Origin: Octopus vulgaris | Lineage: Eukaryota | Length of the DNA stretch: 64,000 nt | Direction of reading: 5' to 3' | NCBI GenBank assembly: GCA_951406725.2 | Contig: OX597821.1 | Span: 54,374,001 to 54,438,000, forward strand | Shown: piece by piece, positions 13,145-25,900 of the stretch | How the letters are laid out: each line of letters starts with the position of its first letter | Numbering within the stretch: position 1 is the first letter of the stretch | Position numbers and translations under genes: made by a program | Notes under the pieces: model-generated | What the model was told of the DNA's origin: nothing | Database searches by the model: none | The model's input: the letters and a program-made list of their open reading frames with translations, nothing else

Positions 13145-14268
13145 CATATGTTTATTAATATTCTTTTAACATTAGGTGAGACCTTTAAGTTATGTCTAAT
13201 AATCAATCACTCATATTTATGTGACTCAGTGAAGATATATAGAAATTTACATTTATATTGTATATATAATGTGTATATAAATATATATGTATATATCAAT
13301 AATTTATACATATAGATGTATATATCTGTATAATATATATATACAGACACACACACACATATAGGCATGGATAGCCAACTTGGGCAAGTGTCTTCCACTA
13401 TTTCCTGGGATTGACCAAAGCTTTGTAAGCATGTATGCATATATGCATTTATATATGTGTGTATTTGCATGTGTGTGCGTGTGTGCGAGTTTTACTGTCT
13501 CTTTGCATGACATGAGAGAATGGTAGTAAGCAAGTGTTGCTGCGATGCAAGAGGAGTTCTTCATTTCCAGTCTTCCATATAACACATGTATGGGGATGAT
13601 GAAATATTACTAAGCAATAGGTGAGAGTCGGCAACAGGCAGGGTACCAAGCCATACTAAATGTCTCTGATCCATGCAAATGTGAAAAAGTAGATACACAT
13701 TATGTGGATGATAATATTTTCAAATGAGCCCTTACAACTGTATCTGATTCTTCAAGTGATTCGCTTCTGTGTACATGTATATATTTAACCAATTGCTGAC
13801 ATTTAGCAATGATTTCACTCATTGTTTCAATATGCCATTTTCTATCATAAATAATAGTCAGCATTTTTGACATCATGGGTATACTAATATACATGTATGT
13901 ATTGATTTTTATTTGGAGGCTTAACCACACTTTTTCTCCAATACATTATTGATTTTGCATAATAGTAATTTGTATTCAAATTCATTTTTACCTTAAAACT
14001 TTGAAGAACAATTTCATAAAAACATTATTTCTTTAAAGTAATGTAATTTTTAACTTACAACTTTACTGCGTTTCTGTCCAAATTTCTTTTTCCCACGATG
14101 TTCAGTTAATATTGAAATTTCCCAATTCTGTTTTTTAATGCCACCAGGAAGAACTATTTGTTCAAACTTAATTTTGAGTTACAGAATATGATTAAAAATT
14201 AAAAGTAATGAATACATAACATACATATACATATTCAAAAACGTCAGTCTTTACCCACTCTCTCTTAC

Positions 14269-14339
<71 letters not shown>

Positions 14340-14523
14340 ATAGATCGCTAGCCACTACCCACTCTTTATTTCCTCTACTTGTTTCCTTTCTGTGTTGCTT
14401 TCAGTGGAAGAGTGTAGGCTCGAAACGTTAAAAACTTTTTCACTTCCTGAGCATTATACTAATGCATCTGTTTGTTGTCTACACCACCTGTCTTCGTCTT
14501 TTGTTTTTTTGTGAATTTTCCCT
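14340..14523 (+). mobile_element. Short element between (TA)/(TG) tracts with a degenerate hammerhead-like motif (Penelope pLTR-like)
   Basis: CAGTGGA-A-GAGT-GTAG-GCTC-GAAAC-GTT at 14402-14429. Confidence 0.5.
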
Positions 14524-14528
14524 ATATA

Positions 14529-14559
<31 letters not shown>

Positions 14560-14599
14560 GTGGATTCTCCCATCATGAATGACAAATGAAGGTTCAGTA

Positions 14600-15540
14600 A
14601 AATAAAGCTTTATGTTCTATAGACACGAATGTGTCTCTTGAGGCCTGCTTGTACCTTGCAAGCCTTCTGGCAAATGGAACCAGTCAAGGACTCAGTTTGC
14701 TTGAATACTTGTAGATCATTTACTATGTGTTTTCTTGAGGGGGTGGCAAGGCCTGCTTTGCTTCGTGTCTCAAAAACCACAATGACAGGTAAGGTTTCCA
14801 TTTAGCAGAGCAGTATTTTGTCAGCATGCCTGCATTCTTGCACAAAGTTGGTCCTGATGTTGGAGTAAACTTTGCTCAAATGTTTGAACTGAGGAGAAGC
14901 AGAAGTGGTCCCAGATCATTAGATACTGGTGTGTGCTTCTGGTCACAATGTGCTTCTAATTCTGATTCGGTCTTGATTGTACTATTTTTTCCATTTTGAT
15001 CTAAACTGCATAACCAGATCATCTTCCCATCTTCATGGAGGCCTTCTAAGTGGCCTTTTCCAGTCTCATGTATACAATTCAGCAACTGCACAGTTCCACC
15101 TGCTGTCTGTGAACCTTGTGATCTGTCCATCCAGTGGAATTTGTGCTTTCAGTATTTTGCAATCACATCATTCACTCCACTCTATTCTCAAATTATTTCA
15201 TTTCAAGTACTTCTTGTAAGGATATTCCTAGTATGGGCCTCTCTATGGCCCTTTGATTATAGCCAATCGATGTTCAATCCTCTACATTGTAGCTCACTTC
15301 TCACTTGCATATGAGAGGGCAGGTAGGACAGTGCCATAGAAGAATCTGGCATGAATGATATTGTCTAGCTTTGATTTGAGCAGATCCTTTATTCAGTTAA
15401 ATGCATTTCATCTTGCCCTTATTCTTTTTGAGATTTCAGCATCCATAACTGGACACATATTCACTGTGTGCAATAGATAGATATACTCCTTTACCACCTT
15501 GATTTCATCACATCCCACCTCATAGCCCAACTAATTAGGG
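14600..15540 (-). mobile_element. Decayed RTE-clade LINE, 3' part
   Basis: Minus-strand remnants NAFN*IKDLLKSKLDNIIHARFFYGTVLPALSYASEK and a C-terminal SICQKACKVQAGLKRHIR (C2H2-like). Confidence 0.6.
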
Positions 15541-15579
15541 AGAGAGTTAGTTTAGATGACATGCAATGCTCTTCCATCT

Positions 15580-16508
15580 ATCTGGTAGACTCGCAAGGCT
15601 CCTCTTCCAAAATTCACTTGTTCATGACAAAAAATATTCCTCCAGTTGTGTTCTGACCTCATATAAGGAATTTTTTCTATCCAAATGATTTTGAAGACTG
15701 TGAAATAAATGATAATCAGATGAGGCAATGTCCAGTGAATATGGTGGGTGGGCCATCATTTCCCATTCAGACTGCTCTAGCTTTTAGAATGTCATCATCA
15801 CTTTTCGTCCTCAAACCAAAGATGGTTGTTTAACTACTAGCGCTGACTTAAGCCACTCAAGGTACTTGCAGTAGATCACCTTTGTTATTGTTGGGTTTGG
15901 ATTTAAATGTTCAAAGTAGAATAAGTCTTTCATATCCTACCAAACAGATAACAACACCTTATATGGGTTAAAACCTTCTTTAGCCTGGGATGCTAGTGTT
16001 TCTCCTTTCTCTATCCAGTCTTCGGTGCTTGATATTTTTATAGAGAACCCATTTCTCACCTCCAGTCATTATTCGGTCCAAAAAAGAGAGGTGACAGCAA
16101 AGAAGAGCACACATTCATTCTGTATGCATGATTAGACTCGAAAAGATTGTGACAAATGCATTGACCCAATTTTCTGACTTTTCCAATGGCACACAGGTGT
16201 CGATGAATGGTTGAATGACCAAATCCAAGCTTTTCTGCTAGTTCCTCAACATTTACAATGGGATTTTGTTCCACCAAGGTTTGAAGGACATCCTCATTAA
16301 ACTCTTCAGATATTCCAGGATGAGGCTTGTTTTCTAGGCTGTAGTTTTTAGCTCGGAATTTCTGGAACCACCGTTGACACTGGCTTATGCCTATTATCCG
16401 ATCACCATATACTGCATTAACATTTCTCATACTTCTCACTGCATTGTTGCCCTTATTGAACTCATAAAGCAAAATATGCTGAATATACTCCTTTGCCACT
16501 TCCACTTT
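15580..16508 (-). pseudogene. Mariner transposase pseudogene (Hsmar1/cecropia-like)
   Basis: ORF 16056-16505 has LLYEFNKG...CQRWFQKFR...ELAEKLG..HSTIHRHL..IGKVRKLG. Downstream HPPYSLDIASSDYHLFHSLQNHL matches the mariner YSPDLAPSDYHLF motif. Confidence 0.9.
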
Positions 16509-17180
16509 GAAGGGTATGCATTTGCAATCCAGGAGCAGGAGATATCAACCAAGTATCTGATGCATGAAAGGGATAGAGTTACAGGAAAAGCCATAAAATG
16601 TAACAGCCAATGCAGAATTTGTGGAGTTCACACTGAATATATCACCCACATTATAAGCAGTTGTCCGAAAATGTCATCACGGTATTATCTACTGATGAGA
16701 CATGACGTTTTAGCTCGGACACTATAATGAAATCCATCAGAAAGATAATCCTGAGGACAAAGAAATAAGAACCAACAATATGGTAGAAGCCATAGTCACT
16801 CATAATAAAAAGGGATACTGGTGGAATGTACCAGTGAAGACCTCAATAAAGTTTAAGCACAACAGACCTGATATAATGATTTGGGATAGAGAAGAGAAAC
16901 TGTGTACAGTTGGGGAAATCAGCTGTCCAGTGGATGTTTGCATAGAGTTGAAGATCAGTGAAAAAGAGAAAAGCTAAGCTGAACTGTCCAGATTACAAGT
17001 TCAGGTTTATACCTGTAACTATGGGGGCCTTGTGATATGTAGCACACTGCCTAAATACCAATCTTGAGAAATTAGGCTTCTCAAAACCAGAAAGAAGAAA
17101 GCTAATTTGAAGACAACAGATCCAATCCATCACTGGAACTGTAAAAATTTGTAAAACTTTCCAGAAGTTTTCTTTTAAAT
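16509..17180 (+). mobile_element. R4/Dong-type LINE 3' fragment (CCHC finger and restriction-like endonuclease), decayed
   Basis: EGYAFAIQEQEI...CRICG...HIISSC...RHD and HNRPDIMIWD...GEISCP. Confidence 0.8.
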
Positions 17181-17495
17181 ATATATGAGCATGTCTAGAT
17201 ATGCAACTATATGCATGAGAATACATACTTAAAACATGCAAATTTGCATGCATACATACATCCATATATACATACATACATATACAGTTACTTTGGTGAA
17301 GTCAGTCACAAGCTAATCCAAGTTTTTACAAGTTGGTGCACAGGATTTTCAGGCAAGTTATGACAGTCAATGCAAAATGAATACATATATATCATCATCA
17401 TTTTAATGTCCATGTTTCATGCTGACATTCATGTGTGCATTTAGGTAGGTATAATAGATAGATAGATAGATACATACATACATACATACATACAT

Positions 17496-18003
17496 GGTGG
17501 CTGCCCCCTCGTTATCGAGTATGGTCATTGCACAAAGCTTAATCAATGTTGTTATCGTGCAATGCCTGTGCAAGAAGATGTTTTTTTAAGTGAGGAAAGG
17601 CTGTGCACTGAGTCAATCCTACTCACTAAGCAACAGCAGTCATAATCCGAAAAGAAGAACAAGTCAACATCATCGGTAACCATTGAGCCACAGGTTTTAT
17701 GTCAGAGTTATCCCAGTTACCTGAGTTGCCTTCTCCTAGAAGGATGCCCTGACAAAGGCTAGGAGTCCTTCACTCCCAATGGTTTAACTGTGCGATCGGG
17801 TATTCAATCCGATTATTTCTATGTCCCCGTGCATGATACAGCTTTAAGACATTTATTGGATGGCCGTTGACTCTCAAGAGTTCCTCCGCCCTTTGACGGG
17901 TTTTGGTGACCAATAAACACCCTCCTCACCAAGCGAGCTTGGTGGAGTTGCTGGTTTAGTCGCCGAAGACCCGACCATGCAACAGGTAGTACTGGGTTAC
18001 ATG

Positions 18004-18006
<3 letters not shown>
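17496..18006 (-). mobile_element. Non-autonomous RTE-related element in (CATA)n
   Basis: Flanked by (CATA)n on both sides, with no ORF. Contains the RTE 5'UTR-like motif GGCATCCTTCTAGGAGAAGGCAACTC on the minus strand. Confidence 0.6.
17951..18006 (-). ncRNA. Decayed HDV-like ribozyme fold at the element 5' end
   Basis: TAACAT-GTAAC-CCAGT-ACT-ACCTGT-TGC-ATGGTC-GG-GTCTTCGGCGA-CTAA-ACCAG follows the P1-P2-P3-L3-P3'-P1'-GG-P4-CNAA-P2' order, with several broken pairs. Confidence 0.45.
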
Positions 18007-18034
<28 letters not shown>

Positions 18035-18480
18035 CATACATACATACATACATGTGTGTGTGTGTGTTTATAGAGGTACAAAGACAAACATACACACACA
18101 CATGCACGTGCATAAGTATTGTGTGCATTTGTGTGTGTACATGTGTGAAGCTACTCTCAAAGGAAATACTTGCATGTAAAAATCCTATTAGTATTAACAA
18201 TGACGAAGTGCTGACATTTTATCTTTCTTCCATGTTTTAATGAGAGTTATTGTTGTTGTTGTTGTTGTCATTCATTTTGCCTTAAGAAAGATTTTTTTAG
18301 TTCTTTGTTTTGTTGTATCATTATTCTGTTGCTCTTATAATTCAATCACCTTTGGTTAAACCAATATTTGGCTTTATGACTTGCAACTATACACAGAATT
18401 ATTTGAAAAAATAAATGACATTGAGCAAGTAACACATAATGGCATACTATTTTAATAGTTTTAATAATGTTAGTAATGCT

Positions 18481-18644
18481 AGACGTAGGAGTGGCTATGT
18501 GGTAAGTAGCTTGCTTACCAACTACATGGTTCCGGGTTCAGTTCCACTGTGTGGCACCTTGGGCATGTGTCTTCTACTATAGCCTCGGGCTGACCAAAGC
18601 CTTGTGAGTGGATTTGGTAGATGGAAACTGAAAGAAACCCATCG

Positions 18645-18687
<43 letters not shown>

Positions 18688-18897
18688 TTGTGTGTCTGTG
18701 TCCCCCCAACATCGCTTGACATCTGATGTTAGTGTACTTACATCACCGTAACTTAGCGGTTCGGCAAAAGAGACAGATAGAATAAGTACTAGGCTTACAA
18801 AGAATAAGTCCTGAGGTCGATTTGCTCGACTAAAGGTGGTGCTCCAGCATGGCCACAGTCACATGACTGAAACAAGTAAAAGAGAATAAAAGAGAAT
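18481..18897 (+). mobile_element. SINE family B (tRNA-derived head, internal (TA)/(TG) microsatellite, LINE-like 3' tail)
   Basis: A box TGGCTATGTGG, B box GGTTCAGTTCC, and 3' end GGTGCTCCAGCATGGCCACAGTCACATGACTGAAAC-AAGTAAAAGAG. Confidence 0.9.
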
Positions 18898-19129
18898 GGA
18901 TCAGCTGCTTTAAGATGAATTTAATTATGTAAGTTTCGTTACAGATTACTTAGAAATTTATTCTTTGCTTATGAGATCAAATGAAGCTGAAATATGACCA
19001 GAGTTATCTCTTGCACTTGCTTGGAAAATTAGAATGATATTAATCAATAATTATTATTGATTTCTTTTTGTTCTTCAACACATACTAATTATTATGTAAT
19101 TTCTGTAGCAGCATCTATTAAATTTATTT

Positions 19130-19420
19130 AATACACTTATTTACCTATGTAGCAATATTTAAAGCTAACTTACTGATGCAGTTATGTATAACATGCATGT
19201 ATGTAGCTATATATGATATTAAGTTGCAGATGTAGTTATATGTTACAATAATTTCACAAGAGAGCTATATGTAACACTAACTTACCTATGTAGTTGTATG
19301 CACCACTAACCTTACTCATATGTAACCCAAACTGAATTATTATGTAACTAAATGTAACTCTATCTTACCTATAAAACTCTGTGTGTCACTAACTTACATA
19401 ACTATGTATAATTTAGTTAT
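19130..19420. repeat. Degenerate ~30 bp minisatellite (CACTAACTTACCTATGTAG...)
   Basis: The CTAACTTAC/TTACCTATGTAG motif recurs several times. Confidence 0.5.
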
Positions 19421-19424
19421 ATAT

Positions 19425-19754
19425 CCGTTAAAAGACTCCGCCGGTTACGACGACGAGGGTCCCAGCTGATACGATCAACGGAACAGCTTGCTCGTGAAAT
19501 TAACGTGCAAATGGCTGAGCATTCCACAGACATGTGTACCCTTAACGTAGTTCTCGGGGATAATCAGCGTGACACAGAGAGTGACAAGGCTGACCCTTTG
19601 AAATACAAGTACAACTCATTTTTGCCAGCTGAGTGGACTGGAGCAACGTGAAACAAAGTGTCTTGCTCAAGGACACAACGCGTCGCCGGGAATCGAACTC
19701 ACAACCTTACGATCATGAGCCGAATGCCCTGACCACTAAGCCACGCGCCCTCAC
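19425..19754 (-). mobile_element. tRNA-derived SINE (family C), full length with 12-bp TSD
   Basis: A box TGGCTTAGTGG and B box GTTCGATTCC on the minus strand. TSD TTAGTTATATAT at 19413-19424 and 19755-19766. Confidence 0.9.
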
Positions 19755-19943
19755 TTAGTTATATATAAGGTAATGTTCTATACTTCATTTAAATTATATC
19801 ATCAAACACAGTTACAAAAGATTCATGAATATTAGTGGGCACATTCTTTGATAAATATTAATTTATTTAAAAAAATGTTACATAAATTAACTGCAAGGGG
19901 AAAAAGTAAGAAACAGCATTGGTTAGTTGAGAATTTCCTTATT

Positions 19944-20280
19944 CAGGTGCAACTATGGCTGCGTGGCAAGAATTTTGCTTCTCAACTGTGTTTCTGGGTT
20001 TAATCCCACTGTATAGGACCTGGGGCAAGTGTCTGCTGCTGTAGCCTCAGACTGACAAAAGCCATGTGACTGGATTCGGTAGATAAAAACTGAAAGAAAC
20101 CCATCATATACATATGTGTGTGTGTTTGTGTTTGTCTCCCACCACACCTGGACAATTAGTGATGGTTTACTTATGTCACCCATAACTTAGTGCCTCAGCA
20201 AAAAGTGAGCAATAGAATAAGTATCCTAAGCTTAGAAAAAAAAGTCTTGGGGGTTGATTTGTTCGAATAAAACTCTCAAG
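19944..20280 (+). mobile_element. SINE family B, decayed
   Basis: Collinear with 18481-18897. Confidence 0.8.
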
Positions 20281-20414
20281 GAGATAATTTGGTTATATTA
20301 CTTTATGCATTAACCAAAGAGTATAGTCTAAGCTTTGAACTAGCAATGAGCTAATAACTTTGCACAAAACATTATTTGTATGACACAGTATTGTTTAAAA
20401 TTGTAAAATCATAT

Positions 20415-20640
20415 GTAAGGCCATTGAGTCATAACTGTATTTGGGTCCAAATTAAGACCAATGCATTTAGAGCCAAAATATCTGGACTCAAAGCATTTAA
20501 ATGCAATGTACTCAGACCTAAAGTATTTAGGCTTAAGACATTAAGGCCTATTGTATTCAATGCAAAATTTTTGTTCAGATCCATTGCTTTCAGGTCCAAT
20601 GTAATCAGACATAATTTATTCATATGCAATGTAATCTAGT
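20415..20640. repeat. Degenerate 15-bp tandem array (consensus ~AGGCCCAATGTATTC)
   Basis: Units such as AGACCAATGCATTTA, AGACCTAAAGTATTT, AGGCCTATTGTATTC and AGGTCCAATGTAATC. Confidence 0.75.
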
Positions 20641-20945
20641 TCAGTCTTACACTTCCTTGTGAAAACTTGTGTAAGACAGCCCTGCCTGGCAAAGCTGCAT
20701 CAATAGAAGTGCCACCTCCTATGAGCAGGACAGAATAACAGAGTGACAACAAAAAAAATGGGAATTGTGAACATCCAGACCCAACTTCTTGTCTTCAGTC
20801 ACTCCAGTCCACCAGTGCCCAACCTATGGCAGATCCTTCTGAGCACACATTGAACTGATTGGCCATAGCCAGACACACTGTGCCCTATCTTCTTTTTCCA
20901 TGTCATGTCCTTGGTCATCACTGTCACTGACAGACAAAGGAATTC

Positions 20946-21058
20946 TAGTCCAGTATATTCAGGATCAATTCATTCAGGCCCAATTTACTCAGGCCCAGTA
21001 TATCCAATACACAAGCCCAAACTATTCATACTCAATGTATTCCAGTTCAATGAGAACT
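20946..21058. repeat. Second degenerate 15-bp tandem array, same consensus
   Basis: AGGATCAATTCATTC, AGGCCCAATTTACTC, AGGCCCAGTATATCC. Confidence 0.7.
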
Positions 21059-21686
21059 TTTTTAATATTTTGGCATGGTTTCATCACTACTTAAATGTTC
21101 ATCATGATTCACTTATTCATCCTTCCTAAGGTGCCACACTGTCTCTTTCAATTTACACTACAAACTTTCAGAAGAAGAAATGAATTAAACATGATAGGTT
21201 GTTTAGTAACAATGAAACTGGTTTTATCTGACTCCCAAACTGTGAAAACAATTACTGACGGGGATCTAGTTTCATAGCCTAGCTAAGTACATACATATAT
21301 GTGACTCCATATAGTTTTTCCTCATAAATCATACTACGTATATGTATATATCGTTATTCTAGAAATTCTATCAGCACACTCAGCTGACTGATTTATTCAT
21401 CAGTTATAGAGTTTAGTAAGGGCTTTGAACTATTGAGTAGTTAACACCATTTTGTCAAAGATACACATTCACACTCAAGCACATGCACATATACATACAC
21501 ATATATACGTATACATATATATAGGTTTGTTGTAATATGCTTGAAATTATTAAGCAGCATCTATCATATTGTGTTTGATATGCCACATTAATTTTAGAAT
21601 TGCTTTGTTCTAAGCTATTGTCTTTGACAATGCTATTCCATCAAAAGGCTTTCAGTAATAACCTATGCTATATTCATTGATAACTC

Positions 21687-21754
21687 TCTTCTTCTTCTTC
21701 TGATGCTGCTGCTGCTGCTGCTACTGCTACTGCTACTACTACTACTACTACTAC

Positions 21755-21796
<42 letters not shown>

Positions 21797-22446
21797 GAAG
21801 AAATAGAAGAAGTAAAAGAAGAAATAGAAGAACCAGAAGAAGTAAAAGAAGAAGGGGAAGAAGAAGAGGAAGAAGAAGAGAGAGGAAAGAAGAAAGAAGA
21901 AGAAGAAGAAAGAAGAAAGAAGAAGAAGAAAAAGAAGAAGAAAAAGAAGAGGTAAAAGAAAAGAAGAAGGAGTAAAAGAAGAAAAAATAGTAGAAGAAGA
22001 GGGAGAAGAAGAGGGAAGAAGTAAAAGAAGAAGAAGAAGGAGTAAAAGAAGTAAAAGAAGAAGAAGAAGAAGAAGGGGAATAGAAGAAGAAGAAAAAGGG
22101 AGAAGAAGAAGGAAGTAAAGAAGAAAAGAGAAGAAGAAGAAGAAGAAGAAGAAGAAGAAGAAGAAGAAGAAGAAGAAGAAGAAAGAAAAAAAAGAAGAAA
22201 GAAGAAGAAGAAGAAGAAGAAAAGAAGAAGAAGAAAAGAAGAAAAAAAGAAGAAAGTAAAGAAGAGAAGAAGTAAAAAAGAGGAAGAAGTAAAAAGAAGA
22301 AATAAAAGAAAAAGGAGAAGAAAAAAAGAAGAAGAAAGAAGAAGTAAAAGAAAAGAAAAAGAAGTAAAAAGAAGAAGAAGAAGAAGAAGAAGAAGAAGAA
22401 AAAAGAAGAAGAAGAAGAAGAAGAAGAAGAAAAAGAAGAAGAAGAA
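21687..22446. repeat. Compound triplet array (CTT)-(GCT)-(ACT)-(AAT) followed by a ~650 bp GAA-rich polypurine tract
   Basis: Read directly from the sequence. Confidence 0.95.
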
Positions 22447-22821
22447 TTACAACAACAACATTGTCATTGTTTTACTAGCTTCTAAGAACATGCTGTTAAT
22501 AGATTAAAATAATGAAAGTTGTAGAAGAACAAGAAACGAAATAGCTGTTGGGAATCAATGAGACATGGTGCGAAACATTTTCCAGGAATTTGCGTTTGAG
22601 TATTTATAATGGACAAGAAAATTTGGATGGATAAATATTGTTTCTGGCTTTCCTTTTAGCAAGATAGCAACAATAGGAATTATAATAGCAGCAGGTAATG
22701 GTCACCTAATACCATATGCACAATGACATTTAAAGATTACAGGAAAGAAGTAGAGAACAAATGAAAAAAGTTTCTGAAAGAAAGCCAGAAGGGATATTTC
22801 ACACATACACACAGACATGTG

Positions 22822-23345
<524 letters not shown>

Positions 23346-25849
23346 GTGTGAGTGTGTTTGCTTTTATATATTATTGTATATGTGTGTATATATATTCATA
23401 TATATATGCATCACACACACACACGCATACATACAGACATACATAGTTACATACATGTGTATGAATATATATATATATATATATATTTATATGCACAAAG
23501 AAAGAAAGAGAGAGAGGGGGAGTAAGATAGAGCTGTAGAGACAGAGAGTGTGAGTAAAATGACTGGAGGAGTTTTAGAGATAACTCAAAATAGTTTGTAT
23601 AGCATTAGGTATGGCTGAAGACAGCGCATTTCTTGGAGTCAACTAGAAAAACAATGGCCTTAACTTTATTCTATAAACAAACAAATATAGATTTAAATTA
23701 TTGAACAATGAACGAAAGAGAGATTATAGAGATTGATGTAAGAGAATATTTTGTTTGTTTTATTTTTGATTTGATTGGCTGTAACAGACCTAGCTTCTTA
23801 ATTAAGAAGTTCATTTGCAGTTTTGTCATTTTGGGGTTGACCTCATTTCATGGAACCTTCAGCAAGTGTTCTCTACCATAATCTTAGGTGATCACCATTG
23901 TTCTTGTTTTTGAGTGGTAGACTTAATCCATTGCCTATTCCAAATTTTTCAATAAAACTCTGTCAAAACCAACTAACATTAAATTTACAAATCTTTCACT
24001 CCTAACAAAAATCCCTAAATATCACATATGAATGTAATTTCAGAGGTACAACAATGTGTACTGCCATCGAAAATGAATCTAAAATGCTTGACAAAAGAAA
24101 TAGTGCCATAATTTTCAAAATATTTTTGTGTTAACCTTCAAGGCTTCTTCCATCATTTTAAGTATATAGTGCAAAAATACTTTGGCGAAAATCAGCACTG
24201 AACAAGTGTAAATACAGCATACTGTAGAGTAATAAAGAACATGAGTTAACTGAAAATACTTTTAAAGCCAAAAACATACAACATATCCTTTCATTTAGGT
24301 CTTGAAATAAATGTCCCATTACAATCCTTTTGAAGTATATTTAGTTCCTGAAAAACTGAGAACAGAACAAGCCTATGATGATATGGAGTATTGAAACAAA
24401 GGCAAAAACAAATGACAGCTACAGTAGTCATTGTCAGCTGTATGTTACTGAAAACTCAAAATTTCAAAATTGCTTATATTTCAAACAGAGGAAAAGAGGC
24501 TTTATTATCCTGTAAAGGCTTCACAACTTCAAACACATTCTTGTACCTGTGAATTTTTAATTAAACACTGAGCTTATAGCCTAATAATGGTTATCTAGAG
24601 ATTCAACATGTACAACCAAAGGGAAATTTAAATTAGATTTTAAAACCTACTTCAGAGAAAGACATGTTCATATGTGCATCATAGAGTACAGTGAGACCCA
24701 CACAGGAAATTATACTAAATTTTGATCCAAACATAAAATATTGCCATCATGTAAAATACAAATATTGTCCTTGGTTTAAAATGACTACTTTTTATATATG
24801 AGTCCTTCGCTCAGTGATAATCAGTGGTACTAAGTTGCATAAAAGCAATTTTTTAAATTATTGAACAACATGGCTGTATGATCAAATATTCATGACATTA
24901 AAAGTAACAGAGCAATAATCATAATTATAGTCTACACCACGCACTGAGTATTTTTCTGTCATTCATTCTACACAAAATACATATGTGTGTTGATACACCC
25001 AAACTGTGTACACTTCACTAAGATTCAACAACTCTAAAGATGTGAAGATATCTGCTACAAAATTATTGCCAGACTCACATAGATTCACATAACATACACA
25101 TATATTTGTGCATGTGAGTATGTGTTTGGATATCCATGAGGGTACATATAAATATATATGTATATATATATATATACATAAGTGTGTGAGTAAGTGTATA
25201 TATGTGTGCATGCAAGCATGCATATATGCATGTATGTATATATCTATGTAAGCATATTTGCAGGTATATGAGTATTTTTCTGCTAGTGTCCAACTTTTAA
25301 CAGAACCAGCCCATTTACAGTGAGAAATAACAAACAACCAAGAATAAAGGTAAAATAAAACACAGACACACATACAGATGCATAAAAAAAAATATATAGC
25401 AACTGAAAAGAATCTATAACACTGTACATATTGAAGATACAAGTTATTTTGTATTCTATAGTTTTCTTTGTTCTTTTTTCAGCTGATGTTATCGTAAAAA
25501 ATATCTATTTTCAAGATGTGTTTCCATAGTAATTTTATACCATCTTACTCCAAGCATCTGTTTATTTTAGTTTAAACTAATTTAATTGTACTTTCTTTGA
25601 CAAGAACTTTGTGTGCAAAAAGTAAAAATTGGATTTGCATTACACATAAGAAAACATCCATTCACACAGACACACACAGACACACACACGCACATTTATA
25701 TATCAGAAAGGAAAGAATCTGTAAATTGATGATGATGAGGATGACACACTTTTGTAAAATTATAGATATAAGTGTGATGTGTGTGTGTGTATAACATGTA
25801 TGTATAATATGCATACATAATCTTTTTTTGATACATAAGTATATTTGTG

Positions 25850-25898
<49 letters not shown>

Positions 25899-25900
<2 letters not shown>

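Noticed and set aside
13225-13252. GTGAAGA-TATATA-GAAA
   Set aside because: The core is altered, stem II is negligible and there is no stem I; likely chance.
19680-19750. tRNA gene (CAT anticodon-like loop)
   Set aside because: It is the head of a SINE with a body, tail and 12-bp TSD, and the acceptor stem is incomplete. The same applies to 61511-61575 and ~63355-63410.
21703-21975. Signal-peptide plus protamine-like basic ORF
   Set aside because: It is made entirely of adjacent triplet microsatellites.
25483-25529. Terminal coding exon ADVIVKNIYFQDVFP*
   Set aside because: The acceptor is good, but no upstream exons or homology are recognisable.
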